Notes under the pieces: generated by a model
Databases searched by the model: none
Told to the model about the DNA's origin: nothing
The model's input: the letters and a program-made list of their open reading frames with translations, nothing else
Assembly: GCA_963848295.1 (NCBI GenBank)
Contig: CAWKDB010000002.1
Coordinates: forward strand, 192,001-256,000
Reading direction: 5' to 3'
DNA length: 64,000 nt
Origin: an uncultured delta proteobacterium
GTDB lineage: Bacteria > Myxococcota_A > Polyangia > Haliangiales > Haliangiaceae
Program-made: the position numbers and the translations under genes
In this document: positions 22,653 to 33,228 of the stretch, piece after piece
Layout of the letters: the number at the start of each line of letters is the position of its first letter
How positions within the stretch are numbered: position 1 is the stretch's first letter

Positions 22653-24125
22653 TTACGCCCCCCCGGCCTGCGTGCCGCCGACCGTGATCGAGCCGATCTT
22701 GACCGTTGGAGTGCCGACCGAGACCGGCACCGACTGACCGTCTTTACCGCACGTCCAGATGCCGTCGGACAGCGCGAAGTCATTGCCGAGCATGTCGACG
22801 CGGCGAAGCACGTCGGGGCCGTTGCCGATCAAGTTCACGCCCTTGAGCGGCGCGGTCAGCTTGCCGTCTTCGATCAGGTAGCTCTCGGACAGCGAGAACA
22901 CGAAGTCGCCGTTCGAGATGTTGACCTGGCCGCCGCTGAATCGCTTCGCGTAGATCCCGCGCTTGACGGTCTTGAGGATCTCTTCCGGATCGTGCGGCCC
23001 CGCGTAGAGCGACGTGCTCGTCATCCGCGGCAAGGGCATCGCGCGAAACGATTCGCGCCGGCCGTTGCCCGAGGGCTCGACGCCGAAGTGCTTCGCGCTC
23101 AGCCGATCGTGCATGTAGCCGACGAGGATGCCGTCCTTGATCAGGACGTTGTGCTTACCGACGTGGCCTTCGTCATCGACGTTGATCGCGCCACGCGCCC
23201 CGACGATCGTGCCGTCATCGACCACGGTGCACAGCGGCGATGCGACTTGCTTGCCGAGCTGACCGGTGTAGTTCGACGTCTGCTTGCGATTGAAGTCCGC
23301 CTCGAGCCCGTGGCCGACCGCCTCGTGCAGCAAGATTCCGGAGTCGCCCGGCCCGAGCACGACCGGCATCTCGCCGGCCGGTGCATCGACCGCATCGAGC
23401 ATCGCGATCGCGACTCGCGCCGCTTCGCGCCCGTGCGCCGCCGCGTCGGTCTCGGCGCGCGCGAAGTAATCCATGCCGTAGCGACCGCCCCCGCCGCCCG
23501 AGCCTGCTTGACGCTTGCCGCCGACCTCGGCGACCGCGCGCACCCCGAACCGCATCAGCGGCTGGATGTCCGACGCCATCTTCCCATCGGAGGTGAACAC
23601 GAGCACCTCTTTGAGCGTCTCGACGAACGACGCCTCGACCTTGACGATCCGCGAGTCGTACGCGCGAGCCGCCTTGTCCGCGGCGCGCAGCAGCGCGAGC
23701 TTGTCGATCGCGGGCATCACGAGCGTCGGTTGCGGCACGTCGTAGAAGCTCGGCGTCGCGACGCGAGCCAACGTGTCGATTCCGACCGGCGCGTGACCAC
23801 CCGCGGCCGCGATCTGACCGGCGGTCTTCGCCGCGTGCAGCATCTTGTCCCACGCGAGGTCCTCGGTGTAGGCGTAGCCGGTCGCGTCGCCCTTCGTGAC
23901 CCGAACGCCCAACCCGAGCGTGATGCCGCGGCCGACCGAGCGGACTTGCTCTTCTTCGAGCGCGTAGTCGGCCGAGACGCGAAACTCGAAATAGAGATCC
24001 GCGTAGTCGCCGCCCGCCGCGAGCGCGGCAGACAACAGCTTGTTCGCGATCTGCGGATCGATCGAGCTCGCACCGCCGGCCGCGAACGGCGCGCGCAGCG
24101 TCGCGGGAAGGTTGCTGGTCACCAT
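22653..24125 (-). CDS. tldD: TldD metalloprotease
   Basis: GILLHEAVGHGLEADFNRK, NGRRES, PRMT, CGKDGQSVPV. Confidence 0.95.
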   Translation of the reverse strand: MVTSNLPATLRAPFAAGGASSIDPQIANKLLSAALAAGGDYADLYFEFRVSADYALEEEQVRSVGRGITLGLGVRVTKGDATGYAYTEDLAWDKMLHAAKTAGQIAAAGGHAPVGIDTLARVATPSFYDVPQPTLVMPAIDKLALLRAADKAARAYDSRIVKVEASFVETLKEVLVFTSDGKMASDIQPLMRFGVRAVAEVGGKRQAGSGGGGGRYGMDYFARAETDAAAHGREAARVAIAMLDAVDAPAGEMPVVLGPGDSGILLHEAVGHGLEADFNRKQTSNYTGQLGKQVASPLCTVVDDGTIVGARGAINVDDEGHVGKHNVLIKDGILVGYMHDRLSAKHFGVEPSGNGRRESFRAMPLPRMTSTSLYAGPHDPEEILKTVKRGIYAKRFSGGQVNISNGDFVFSLSESYLIEDGKLTAPLKGVNLIGNGPDVLRRVDMLGNDFALSDGIWTCGKDGQSVPVSVGTPTVKIGSITVGGTQAGGA

Positions 24126-24186
24126 CCCCGCAACATAGCAGCGCTGGCCCGCCCCGGCCCTGGCCGATCGGCCGGTTTCGCAGCGG

Positions 24187-25209
24187 TCAGTCCGTGAGCG
24201 GCAAGATCACCAGGCTGCCGGCTGCGTACTCGACCCAGAACAGGCACGTCGGGGTGACGACGATATCGATCGGGTTACCGCGCCCCGAGGCGATCGTCGC
24301 CGGCGCGCCGCCGTCGAGCCCGACTGACATGACCGAGCCATCGTCGGTCTCGATGCCGGAGTTTGTCCAATACACGTTGCCCGCATCGACCGCGATGCCG
24401 CTCGGATGGTTCTGACCGGTCGCGAGGGCGACGAGGCCGCGCCCGTCGAGCCCCACCTTCATCACCGAGTTGATCGGAGATGTCGCGGCCGGCTGCTCGA
24501 GCTCGATGCTGTTGGTCCAGTACAAGCTCGTCGCGTCGATCGCGAGGCTTCCCGGCCCCGGCTGTCCGGTCGCGAGCGCGACGGGCTCCCCGCCATTGCT
24601 GCTCACCTTCATCACCGCGCCGTCGCCGGTATCCGTGACCGAGTCGGTCCAATATACGCTACCGTTCGCGACGACCAGGTTGCGCGGCTCTAGTCCCGAG
24701 GCCAGCACCTGTGGGGTGCCGCCGGCGATCGCGACCTTCATGATCGTGCCGTCGCCTGGGGCGCCGTAGATCGGTGTGCCGACGTTGGTCCAATAAACGC
24801 TGTCTGCATCGACCGCGAGGCTCTGTGGGCTGTCCTGATTGGACGCGAGCGTGACCGGCGCTCCACCGGCCAACGGCATCTTCATGATCGAGCCGTTGCG
24901 CGAGAACATGTCCGTCCAGTACACGTTGTTTGCATCGACGGCGATGCCCTGCGGTTGTAGCTGGTGACTGGTCAAGACCGAGGGATCCTCTGCCTGCAAC
25001 CCCGACTTGCCGACGGTGCCGACTAGGACGCTTCCGTCGTTGTCGATCACGGCACCCTGCGTGACCCAGTAGATACTGTCCGCGTCGACCGCGAGTCCGA
25101 CCGGACCATCAAGGCCTGAAATCATTCGAAAGTCACCCGCGGGAATTGCGTCGTTGTTACATCCAGGTGCAAGGAGCAAGGCGATAACGGCGGTCAGAAA
25201 GCGCTTCAT
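24187..25209 (-). CDS. Lipoprotein with YWT-repeat beta-propeller (DUF5050-like)
   Basis: Lipobox APGC; about 7 repeats of P.GIAVD...VYWT.....G.VMKV...GG.P..LA. Confidence 0.8.
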   Translation of the reverse strand: MKRFLTAVIALLLAPGCNNDAIPAGDFRMISGLDGPVGLAVDADSIYWVTQGAVIDNDGSVLVGTVGKSGLQAEDPSVLTSHQLQPQGIAVDANNVYWTDMFSRNGSIMKMPLAGGAPVTLASNQDSPQSLAVDADSVYWTNVGTPIYGAPGDGTIMKVAIAGGTPQVLASGLEPRNLVVANGSVYWTDSVTDTGDGAVMKVSSNGGEPVALATGQPGPGSLAIDATSLYWTNSIELEQPAATSPINSVMKVGLDGRGLVALATGQNHPSGIAVDAGNVYWTNSGIETDDGSVMSVGLDGGAPATIASGRGNPIDIVVTPTCLFWVEYAAGSLVILPLTD

Positions 25210-28200
25210 GTCAGGCAAGACGACATCCGCCGACGCGAGTCGCGCGCTGTCTTCGATCGCCGATTGCCCCGATGCGAACGCGCTGGGCCGGCTCGTCGAT
25301 GGGGCGATCGACGACAGGGAACGGCGCGAGCTCGAGGGTCATCTCGATCGCTGCGACGCCTGCGCGCAGTTGATCACGGAGCTCGCGCTCGGTGCGCCGC
25401 GTTCGGTCGAGCTCGACGCAACGCGACCGACATCACGGCTACGCGGCACGGCGAGCGCGCTCGAAGCCGGCGCCACCGTTAGCCGCTTCACACTACTCGA
25501 GCCGCTCGGCGCCGGCGGCATGGGCGTCGTATGGGCCGCCTATGACCCACACCTCGATCGCAAGATCGCGCTGAAGTTCGTGCGCGCCGACCTCGCGCAG
25601 CCGGAGATGCTCGCGCGCCTCGAGCGCGAGGCGAAGGCGGTCGCTCGTGTCACCCACCCAAACGTCGTCGCGATTCACGACATCGGCGCCGACGATGACC
25701 GGATCTACTTCGCACAGGAGTTCGTGCGCGGCTGTGACCTCGGCGCGTGGCTCGCCGCGCGACCGCGCACTGTCGGCGAGATCCTCGAGATCTTCGTGCA
25801 AGCCGCGCGGGGCCTCGCCGCCGCTCACGCCGCGGGCATCGTTCATCGCGACTTCAAGCCGAGCAACGTGTTGGTCGGTGACGATGGCCGCGCTCGCGTG
25901 GTCGATTTCGGCGTCGCTCGCTCGGTCGAACAGCTCGAGCCGAACGCAACGCCATCGCCGACGACCGATCCGCGACTGACGGCGACCGGCGCCGCGGTCG
26001 GGACGCCGCTGTACATGTCGCCCGAGCAGTACCTCGCGGAGCCATCGGACGCGCGCAGCGATCAATTCAGCTTCTGCGTCTCGCTCGCCGAGGCGCTCTA
26101 CGGCGAGGTGCCGTTCATCGGCAAGACAGTCGCCGACTACGCGAGCGCGGTCATGCTCGGCAAGGTGCGGCCGCCGCCAAGCGGCTCGAAGGTTCCGGCA
26201 TGGCTCCGTGCGGCGATCGTTCGCGGGCTCAGTCGCGAGCGCGCGGACCGATTCCCGACGATGCAAGCGCTGATCGACGTGCTCGAGCACGATGACGCGC
26301 GAGGCGCGAAGCGACGCCGTCGGATCGTCGTCGGCGCGATCGCGGCGATCGCCGCAGGCTCGTTCGCGTTCGCGCTTGCGCGTCGTGATGGTGGGTCGCC
26401 CTGCGACGATGCGAGCGCGAAGCTAGCGGCGGTATGGAACCCGACCGTTGCCGCCGAGCTGCAGCGAGCGTTCACCGCGACGGGCCTGCCGGGTGCCGCG
26501 CAAGCCGCCGGACGTGCGCGCGCCGCGCTCGATCGCTACGGGCAGCAATGGGCCGCGATGCACACCGATACGTGCGAAGCGACTCGCATGCACGGCGAAC
26601 AGTCGGAGGATCTGATGGATCTCCGCATGACGTGCCTCGCGCAACGTCTGCAAGAGGTCAAGGCGATCGCCGACGTTCTCGTTCACCCTTCCGCGAGCGT
26701 CGTGCTCGATGTCGATCGGATCGCCGGCGGCGAGAGCTCGCTCGCGGTGTGCGCCGATGCCGCCGCGTTGCAGGCGGTCGTCCGGCCTCCGGCCGCGCCG
26801 GAGACTCGAGCGAAGGTCGACGAGCTGCGCGCGCGCCTCGCTCGGATCAAGGCCGCGGTGCTCGCCGGGAAGTACAAGGACACCCTCGCCGAGGCCGAAG
26901 CGACTGCCGACGCCGCCCGCGCGACTGGCTACGCGCCGGTCACGGCCGTCGCGTTGCGCGAGCTCGGCGGGCTCCAGGCGAGCCTGTCGAAATACGATCT
27001 GGCCACCGCGAACCTGCGCGCGGGCTACCTCGCCGCGTTAGGCGCGAACGATCGAGTCGAAGCCGCGGAGGCCGCGGCCGCGCTGATCGAGCACGTAGGC
27101 GTGAATCTGCAGAAGCGCGATGAAGGCGAGTGGTGGACGAAGGTCGCGCACGCCGAGCTCGAGGGCGTCGGCGAAGCAGGACACGATACCGCGGGCACGA
27201 TCGATTATCAGCAAGCCTGGTTGCTCCTGCATGCATCGCGGTTCGACGATGCGATCGCGGCCGCCGACCGCGCGGTCGAGATCTGGACCTCGACGCGCGG
27301 CGCCGACCACGTGTCGCTGTTTCGGCTGCAGGAGTTTCGCGCGATCGGGATCCGCGGCAAGGGCAAGATCGCCGATGCGCTGACCGCGTTCGGGACGCTG
27401 CTCGCGCGAGCGGAGAAGGCCCTCGGGCCAATTCATCCGGTCGTTGCCGACCTGCATACCGAGATCGGGAGCTCGTATTACTACCTGCAAGACCTCGACG
27501 CGGCGCTCGTCGAATACAGGCAAGCGCTCGCGATCAGCAAGCTGATCGACCCGGACGGCGCGGGGGTCGGTGGCTTGCACCAGAACATCGGCAACGCGCT
27601 CGCGGACCTGCATCAGTTGCCGCAGGCGGTCGTTGAATATCAGGCCGCGCTCGCGATCTACGAGAAGCTGCGCGGGCCCGAGAGTCCGAGCGCCGGCGAC
27701 ATTCACAACGACCTCGGGACGGTGCTGCAGAACCAGGGCAGGTATGCCGAGGCGCTCGTCGAATATCGCCGCGCACTCGCGATCTACGAGAAGGCGGTCG
27801 GACCCGACGCGCGCGAGGCCGGACGGATTCGCGCCAACGTCGCGGGCGCACTCCACGCGCTCGGCCAGAACGACGAGGCGTTGGTCGAGCTCCGTCGTGC
27901 GCAGGAGATCCTCACGAAGCTGCTCGGTCCGAGCAATCCGAGCGTCGCAGACCTGAGCGTGACGATAGCGGACATCCTGCACGCCCAACATCAGCTCCCC
28001 GCGGCGCTTGCCGAGCTCCAGCCAGCGCTCGCCGCGTTCGAGCAGGCGATCGGGCAGGACGCACCGTTCACCTCGCGGATCCGGATCACCATCGCGGTGA
28101 TCCAGCTCGAACGAAACCACGAAGTCACGAGCGCGCTCGTCGAGCTCGCTCGCGGCCTCGATGCGCTCGACAAGAGCGGGGCTCACGTCCTGCTGGCGGC

Positions 28201-28360
28201 GGAGCGGCTCGAGGCGGCTAAGGCGTTGCTCGCGCACGATCGGCCGCGCGCGCTCGCCCTCGCCGGGCAAGCCCGCGACTACTACGCCGCCCAACCGGAT
28301 CCGACCAGCAAGCAGAACGCCGCTGCGCTCGCCGGCTGGATCGCGGCGCACGCGCACTGA
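25208..28360 (+). CDS. Ser/Thr kinase with N-terminal ZAS (zf-HC2) motif, TM helix and C-terminal TPR domain
   Basis: HLDRCDAC; LGAGGMG, HRDFKPSN, DFG, GTPLYMSPE, SDQFSFC; TM; TPRs. Exact start uncertain. Confidence 0.92.
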   Translation: MSGKTTSADASRALSSIADCPDANALGRLVDGAIDDRERRELEGHLDRCDACAQLITELALGAPRSVELDATRPTSRLRGTASALEAGATVSRFTLLEPLGAGGMGVVWAAYDPHLDRKIALKFVRADLAQPEMLARLEREAKAVARVTHPNVVAIHDIGADDDRIYFAQEFVRGCDLGAWLAARPRTVGEILEIFVQAARGLAAAHAAGIVHRDFKPSNVLVGDDGRARVVDFGVARSVEQLEPNATPSPTTDPRLTATGAAVGTPLYMSPEQYLAEPSDARSDQFSFCVSLAEALYGEVPFIGKTVADYASAVMLGKVRPPPSGSKVPAWLRAAIVRGLSRERADRFPTMQALIDVLEHDDARGAKRRRRIVVGAIAAIAAGSFAFALARRDGGSPCDDASAKLAAVWNPTVAAELQRAFTATGLPGAAQAAGRARAALDRYGQQWAAMHTDTCEATRMHGEQSEDLMDLRMTCLAQRLQEVKAIADVLVHPSASVVLDVDRIAGGESSLAVCADAAALQAVVRPPAAPETRAKVDELRARLARIKAAVLAGKYKDTLAEAEATADAARATGYAPVTAVALRELGGLQASLSKYDLATANLRAGYLAALGANDRVEAAEAAAALIEHVGVNLQKRDEGEWWTKVAHAELEGVGEAGHDTAGTIDYQQAWLLLHASRFDDAIAAADRAVEIWTSTRGADHVSLFRLQEFRAIGIRGKGKIADALTAFGTLLARAEKALGPIHPVVADLHTEIGSSYYYLQDLDAALVEYRQALAISKLIDPDGAGVGGLHQNIGNALADLHQLPQAVVEYQAALAIYEKLRGPESPSAGDIHNDLGTVLQNQGRYAEALVEYRRALAIYEKAVGPDAREAGRIRANVAGALHALGQNDEALVELRRAQEILTKLLGPSNPSVADLSVTIADILHAQHQLPAALAELQPALAAFEQAIGQDAPFTSRIRITIAVIQLERNHEVTSALVELARGLDALDKSGAHVLLAAERLEAAKALLAHDRPRALALAGQARDYYAAQPDPTSKQNAAALAGWIAAHAH

Positions 28361-28366
28361 GCGGGG

Positions 28367-29233
28367 TCACGATCGCGACGCGAGCAGCCGGCTGATCGAG
28401 AGGTCGAGGCGGCTGACCACGAGCCCGAACATCTCGTCGAGCTCGGCCGGCGTGATCGCGAGCTTCTTGGCCAATGCGTCGCGAGTCGTCGCCGCGAGCT
28501 GTTCCTTGGCCTTCGCGATTCGACGCGCGGCGGTCGCGCGATGGATCCCGAGGGTCGCCGCGAGGTCGTCGATCGTGAGGCCCGCTACGAGGTGCTGCCG
28601 CAGCAGGTGGCGATCACCAGGCGGCAGCCTGCTCGCGCCCTGCTCGATGGCCGCGCGCACCGCCGCTCGATACTCGAGCTTGATCAGCTCGAGCCCGAGG
28701 TCGGACGGATCCGGGACCGCCGCGACGCCGCTGTCGCCGCTCGGATGCTCGCGCGCGCGATCCTTGCGCTTGCCGAGATCGATGAACAGCCGCGTCGCGG
28801 TGACGCGCAACCAGCTATCGAGGTGGCCCTGCCCGGCGTACTCGTTGATCTTCGCCGCCGGCCCGACGTAGAGCTTCTCGGCCAGCAGCTGGCGCAGGTC
28901 GTCGATCGAGTGGGTCGGCGACGCAAACCGGCGGACGGCTGCACCGATCGTCGCGCGATGCGCCGCTTCGATCGCCGCGATCGCCGCCGGATCGGCGCGC
29001 CCCGCCGCGCGAGCCAGCGCGAGGTCGCCGGCGTGGCAGCGCTCGAGATGCGCGATCACTCCAGTGCCCGGGCAGTGGCTGGCGATCGCGGCGACCAGCT
29101 CGCGATCGTCGAACGCGAGCTCGGGGTGTGCAGCGTGCGCGTCAGCGCAGCATCGCTCGAGCCGTAAGCCGAGCTCGTCGGGAAGCGCATCGCCATTCCA
29201 CGCCGCAGCAAACGCGTCGACGAGCTCGCGCAT
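28367..29233 (-). CDS. ECF-type RNA polymerase sigma factor (Myxococcales type)
   Basis: DLALARA..RADPAAI, YAGQGHLDSWLRVTATR, HTH GLTIDDLAATLGIHRATAARRI, SRLDLSI. Confidence 0.85.
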   Translation of the reverse strand: MRELVDAFAAAWNGDALPDELGLRLERCCADAHAAHPELAFDDRELVAAIASHCPGTGVIAHLERCHAGDLALARAAGRADPAAIAAIEAAHRATIGAAVRRFASPTHSIDDLRQLLAEKLYVGPAAKINEYAGQGHLDSWLRVTATRLFIDLGKRKDRAREHPSGDSGVAAVPDPSDLGLELIKLEYRAAVRAAIEQGASRLPPGDRHLLRQHLVAGLTIDDLAATLGIHRATAARRIAKAKEQLAATTRDALAKKLAITPAELDEMFGLVVSRLDLSISRLLASRS

Positions 29234-29294
29234 CCGCGCGGAGCGTAACATGGCCCGTTCGCGTCATACGAACGGCGTGAACGGCACGGCGTGT

Positions 29295-29786
29295 TCAGCC
29301 GCCAGACTGCGCGGTCGCGGGCGCCGCCTTCACGTTCGAATCGACCTCGCTCCACAGATCGCGGAACTTCGCGTCCATCACCTGGGCGACCCACATGTTC
29401 GCGTCGTGCACCTCGGTGCCGTTGCGAAAGCCACGTGGCGTGGCATGGACCGTGATCTCCGCCCCGACCGCGTCGACGCTGATCACCCACGCGAGGCCGT
29501 CATCGACGACGTTGACGTAGCCGACCCCGCCGGTCGCAGACGACGACATCGGCGCCGGCGACGTCTTGATCACGCCGGTAGCGGGGTCTTGGACCGTCAC
29601 CTGATACCCGAGAGTCGTTAGCGCGGTCACGCACGCTTGCGTCACCCGTTCACGCGACTGGTTTTGAAAGTGGTGGGTGCCGCGATCGGCGAGCTGCGCC
29701 GCGGACAGCACCGTATAGTGCGGAAACAGGCATCCGCTCGCGAAGACCAAGAACGAGGCCACAAAGACAGGCAGGAGTTTGTTCAT
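29295..29786 (-). CDS. Hypothetical lipoprotein
   Basis: Lipobox ASGC; ACVTALTTLGYQVTVQDPATGVIKT. Confidence 0.7.
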   Translation of the reverse strand: MNKLLPVFVASFLVFASGCLFPHYTVLSAAQLADRGTHHFQNQSRERVTQACVTALTTLGYQVTVQDPATGVIKTSPAPMSSSATGGVGYVNVVDDGLAWVISVDAVGAEITVHATPRGFRNGTEVHDANMWVAQVMDAKFRDLWSEVDSNVKAAPATAQSGG

Positions 29787-29844
29787 GCCTGCCAAGACGA
29801 GGGTCGCCGGCGCTTGTCGCGCGCGGCCGGCGATTTCGCGGACG

Positions 29845-30465
<621 letters not shown>

Positions 30466-30494
30466 GCGCCGCCACGCTACCAGAAGTCGCGAGG

Positions 30495-30992
30495 CTATTG
30501 GACGCGGCCGACCAGCGACATGACGAGCTCGGTCGCGCTGCGCTTCGCCGGTCCGCCGAGGTCCGCTTCGGTGACGTACTGCGATGCCGCGTGAACATCG
30601 AGCCGTTGGCTCTTCGAGCCGATGCGCGCTTCGATCTCGCTCTCGAGCACGGCGGCGAAGCCGTCGGTCAGCGACGGATCCTGCGACTTGACCCGCGGCG
30701 ATACGATGTCTTCGAGCATCGTCTTCATCCTGCGCTCGAACTGCGCGCGGAGATCGGTGAGCCGTTCATCGATCTCGAGCTCGAAGCTCTCGATCGAGAT
30801 CCGGCACACGACGACCAGCGCGCGCCCGTTCCACTTCGTCATGCGCGCGACGTCGCCTTCGATCAGGCCCTCGAGATACGTCACGCTCTTCGGCGAAAAC
30901 GTGAATGTCGTCGCGGCCCACGCACGCGTCGTCGGCTGGCCGATCACAGATGCCGCATACACAGGCCCCTGCGGAGAAAAACGTTCAGCCAT
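30495..30992 (-). CDS. Hypothetical protein
   Basis: About 165-aa ORF with normal codon bias, co-oriented with BMC-T. Confidence 0.65.
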   Translation of the reverse strand: MAERFSPQGPVYAASVIGQPTTRAWAATTFTFSPKSVTYLEGLIEGDVARMTKWNGRALVVVCRISIESFELEIDERLTDLRAQFERRMKTMLEDIVSPRVKSQDPSLTDGFAAVLESEIEARIGSKSQRLDVHAASQYVTEADLGGPAKRSATELVMSLVGRVQ

Positions 30993-31154
30993 GAGGCAGG
31001 CTACACATGGTTCGCGGAACCGCAACGCCGCTGGCGCATGAACGAGTGTTAAGGCTGGCGAAACCGCGCGCGTTGACTTCCCGCTCCGCGATTTCTAGGA
31101 GCTTCACTGAGACGCCTCGCCGTTCAGTTAGTTTGTGGTCTCGCTGCGGTCGCG

Positions 31155-32300
31155 CTAACGCGCGCGTTTGCCGAAGCTACGGCCCTGGCCACGCGGGCGC
31201 TCGCCGCGCGACGGTTTGCGATCGGTCGAACCGGGACGCGCTCGCGGCGCGCGATCATCGGGTCGGCGCGGCGCGCGATCGTCGGCGCGACGCGGTGCTC
31301 GATCGTCGGGTCGGCGCGGTGCTCGATCGTCGGGTCGGCGTGGCGCTCGATCATCGGGTCGGCGCGGACGGCGTCCGTCCCGCGCATCGCGGCTCGCTCG
31401 GCGGTCGTCACGAGCGGGCGCGCGCTCCTCGCGGGGCGGGCGCGGTGGCGTCGGATTCGCGAGCTCTTCGGCTTCGTCGCGCGCCTTCTGGCGAGCGCGG
31501 CGCGGAATATCGGTGTGCTCGCGATCGGTGTGCCAGCGCCCGCGGGCGACCGCCGTGTGGTCCATGCCGACCGCGTCGCGCAACTCGTTGAGCTCGTCCT
31601 GGCTCAGCTCGCGCGCATCGCCGATCCGCAGGCCGTGAAACGTGAGGTTCGCGAACGCGACGCGCTGCAGCTTGTCGACCTGGTAGCCGAGCGCTTCGAT
31701 CATCCGGTGGATCTGGCGATGCTTGCCCTCGTGGATCGTGATCGCGAGCCACGTGTGCTTGCTCTCCGCCGGCAGCACTTCGATGTCGGCCGGTAACGTC
31801 GTCGTGCCGTCGTCGAGCCGCACCCCTTCGCGCAGCCGCGCGATGTGCCGCGGCCCGAGCTGGCCGTGGATCTTGACGTGATACGTCTTCGGCACGTGCG
31901 ACGCGGGCGCGAGCAGCTTGGCCGCGAGCTCGCCGTCGTTGGTCAGCAGCAGGACGCCTTCGCTGTAGAAGTCCAACCGGCCGACCGGCTTGACCGGCAC
32001 CGGGAGGTTTTTTAGATAATCCATCACGGTCGGCCGCCCGCGATCGTCGCTGACCGCGGTGATGCAGGCCTTGGGCTTGTTGAACAACACGTAGAAGTGG
32101 TCGAGCATGACGACCGCTTCGTCGTCGACCTGGACGTGATCCTTGTTCGGATCGATCTTCGTGCCGAGCTCGGCCGCGACCTTGCCGTTGACCTTGACGC
32201 GGCCCTCCGCGATCATGACCTCGGCCTTGCGCCGCGCCGCGACGCCAGCGGCGGCGAGGTAGCGCTGCAGCCGCATCGGGCCGTCCGCCGGCTTGGTCAA
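31155..32300 (-). CDS. rluB: 23S rRNA pseudouridine synthase (RluB-like) with repetitive C-terminal tail
   Basis: S4 [26 protein letters not shown] (catalytic D); EGKHRQI. Confidence 0.9.
   Translation of the reverse strand: MTKPADGPMRLQRYLAAAGVAARRKAEVMIAEGRVKVNGKVAAELGTKIDPNKDHVQVDDEAVVMLDHFYVLFNKPKACITAVSDDRGRPTVMDYLKNLPVPVKPVGRLDFYSEGVLLLTNDGELAAKLLAPASHVPKTYHVKIHGQLGPRHIARLREGVRLDDGTTTLPADIEVLPAESKHTWLAITIHEGKHRQIHRMIEALGYQVDKLQRVAFANLTFHGLRIGDARELSQDELNELRDAVGMDHTAVARGRWHTDREHTDIPRRARQKARDEAEELANPTPPRPPREERAPARDDRRASRDARDGRRPRRPDDRAPRRPDDRAPRRPDDRAPRRADDRAPRRPDDRAPRARPGSTDRKPSRGERPRGQGRSFGKRAR
31243..31366 (-). repeat. 24-bp tandem repeat, about 5 copies, encoding RRPDDRAP
   Basis: CGCGGYGCNCGATCRTCGGGTCGG units, including synonymous variants. 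Confidence 0.9.
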
Positions 32301-33211
32301 CCGACGTCGTCCGGCGCCGGCTCGTCCAGCGGCACGATCTCCGGCAATTGTTCGATCGCCGGCTCCGGCATCGCATCGAGCGCGGCGACCGCGGCGACCG
32401 CGGCGACCGCGGACTCGGCGCCGGCGCCATCATCGCGCTCGTTCGTCGCGTCACCGAGGCGATCGAGCACGACCTGGCGGCTCTCCGCGGTGAGCTCGCT
32501 GTACTCGCGCAGCGTCGGCAGCTCGCGCAGGTCGCCGAGGCTGAAGAAGTCGAGGAACTCCTTCGTCGTCCCGTACAGCATCGGCCGGCCGACTTCTTCG
32601 CGCTTGCCGAGCACGCGGATCAGCGCGCGCTCGAGCAACAGCCTGAGCGTCGCCGACGAATCGACGCCACGGATGTCGTCGATCTCCGGCCGCGTGATCG
32701 GCTGGCGATAGGCCACGATCGCGAGCGTCTCGAGCTGGGCCCGCGACAGCCGCACCGGCCGGCCCGCGATCAGCTGCTGGACCCAGCCGGAGTACTGGGT
32801 GTTCGTGCGGAACTGATAGCCGCCGGAGACTTGCTGGAGCGACAGCCCGCGATCGCTGTAGTGGTCGCCGAGCTCGGCGAGCGCTTGATGGATCCGACCG
32901 ACATCGCTGATCCGGGTCAGCTGGCGGAGCCGCGCGACGGTCACCGGCTTGTCGGAGGCGAAGATCAGCGCCTCGACCAGGTGGCGCAGCTGCTCGGGCT
33001 CCATCGCGGAGGCGCCGGTCGGCAGCGCCGCGGCCGCGATCGCATCCGCCGTCGCCGCGAGCTCGGCATCGGGATCCACGGCGACGCCGTCGAGCGCCAT
33101 CGCCTCGACATCGGCCGCGTCACTCGGCTCGGGCTCGGGCGTGCCTGCGCTGCCCTCGGCCAAGATCTCCTCGGGTACGGCGTCTGCCTCGGGCTCGACT
33201 TCGCTCGACAT
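32297..33211 (-). CDS. scpB: SMC-Scp complex subunit ScpB
   Basis: [53 protein letters not shown]. Confidence 0.95.
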   Translation of the reverse strand: MSSEVEPEADAVPEEILAEGSAGTPEPEPSDAADVEAMALDGVAVDPDAELAATADAIAAAALPTGASAMEPEQLRHLVEALIFASDKPVTVARLRQLTRISDVGRIHQALAELGDHYSDRGLSLQQVSGGYQFRTNTQYSGWVQQLIAGRPVRLSRAQLETLAIVAYRQPITRPEIDDIRGVDSSATLRLLLERALIRVLGKREEVGRPMLYGTTKEFLDFFSLGDLRELPTLREYSELTAESRQVVLDRLGDATNERDDGAGAESAVAAVAAVAALDAMPEPAIEQLPEIVPLDEPAPDDVG

Positions 33212-33228
33212 AGCTGGCCTTACTACTA

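Noticed and set aside
21255..24125. TldD/PmbA as part of a RiPP cluster
   Set aside because: No precursor peptide, YcaO or other modification genes nearby; this is the ordinary housekeeping pair.
31072..31150. Plus-strand promoter-like TTGACT-N17-TAGGAG, possible sRNA antisense to the rluB end
   Set aside because: The -10 lacks the conserved final T and no terminator or recognisable RNA fold was seen.
32382..32412. 9-bp tandem repeat (AVAAVAAVA) in the scpB tail
   Set aside because: Short low-complexity slippage in a disordered tail, with no further significance evident.
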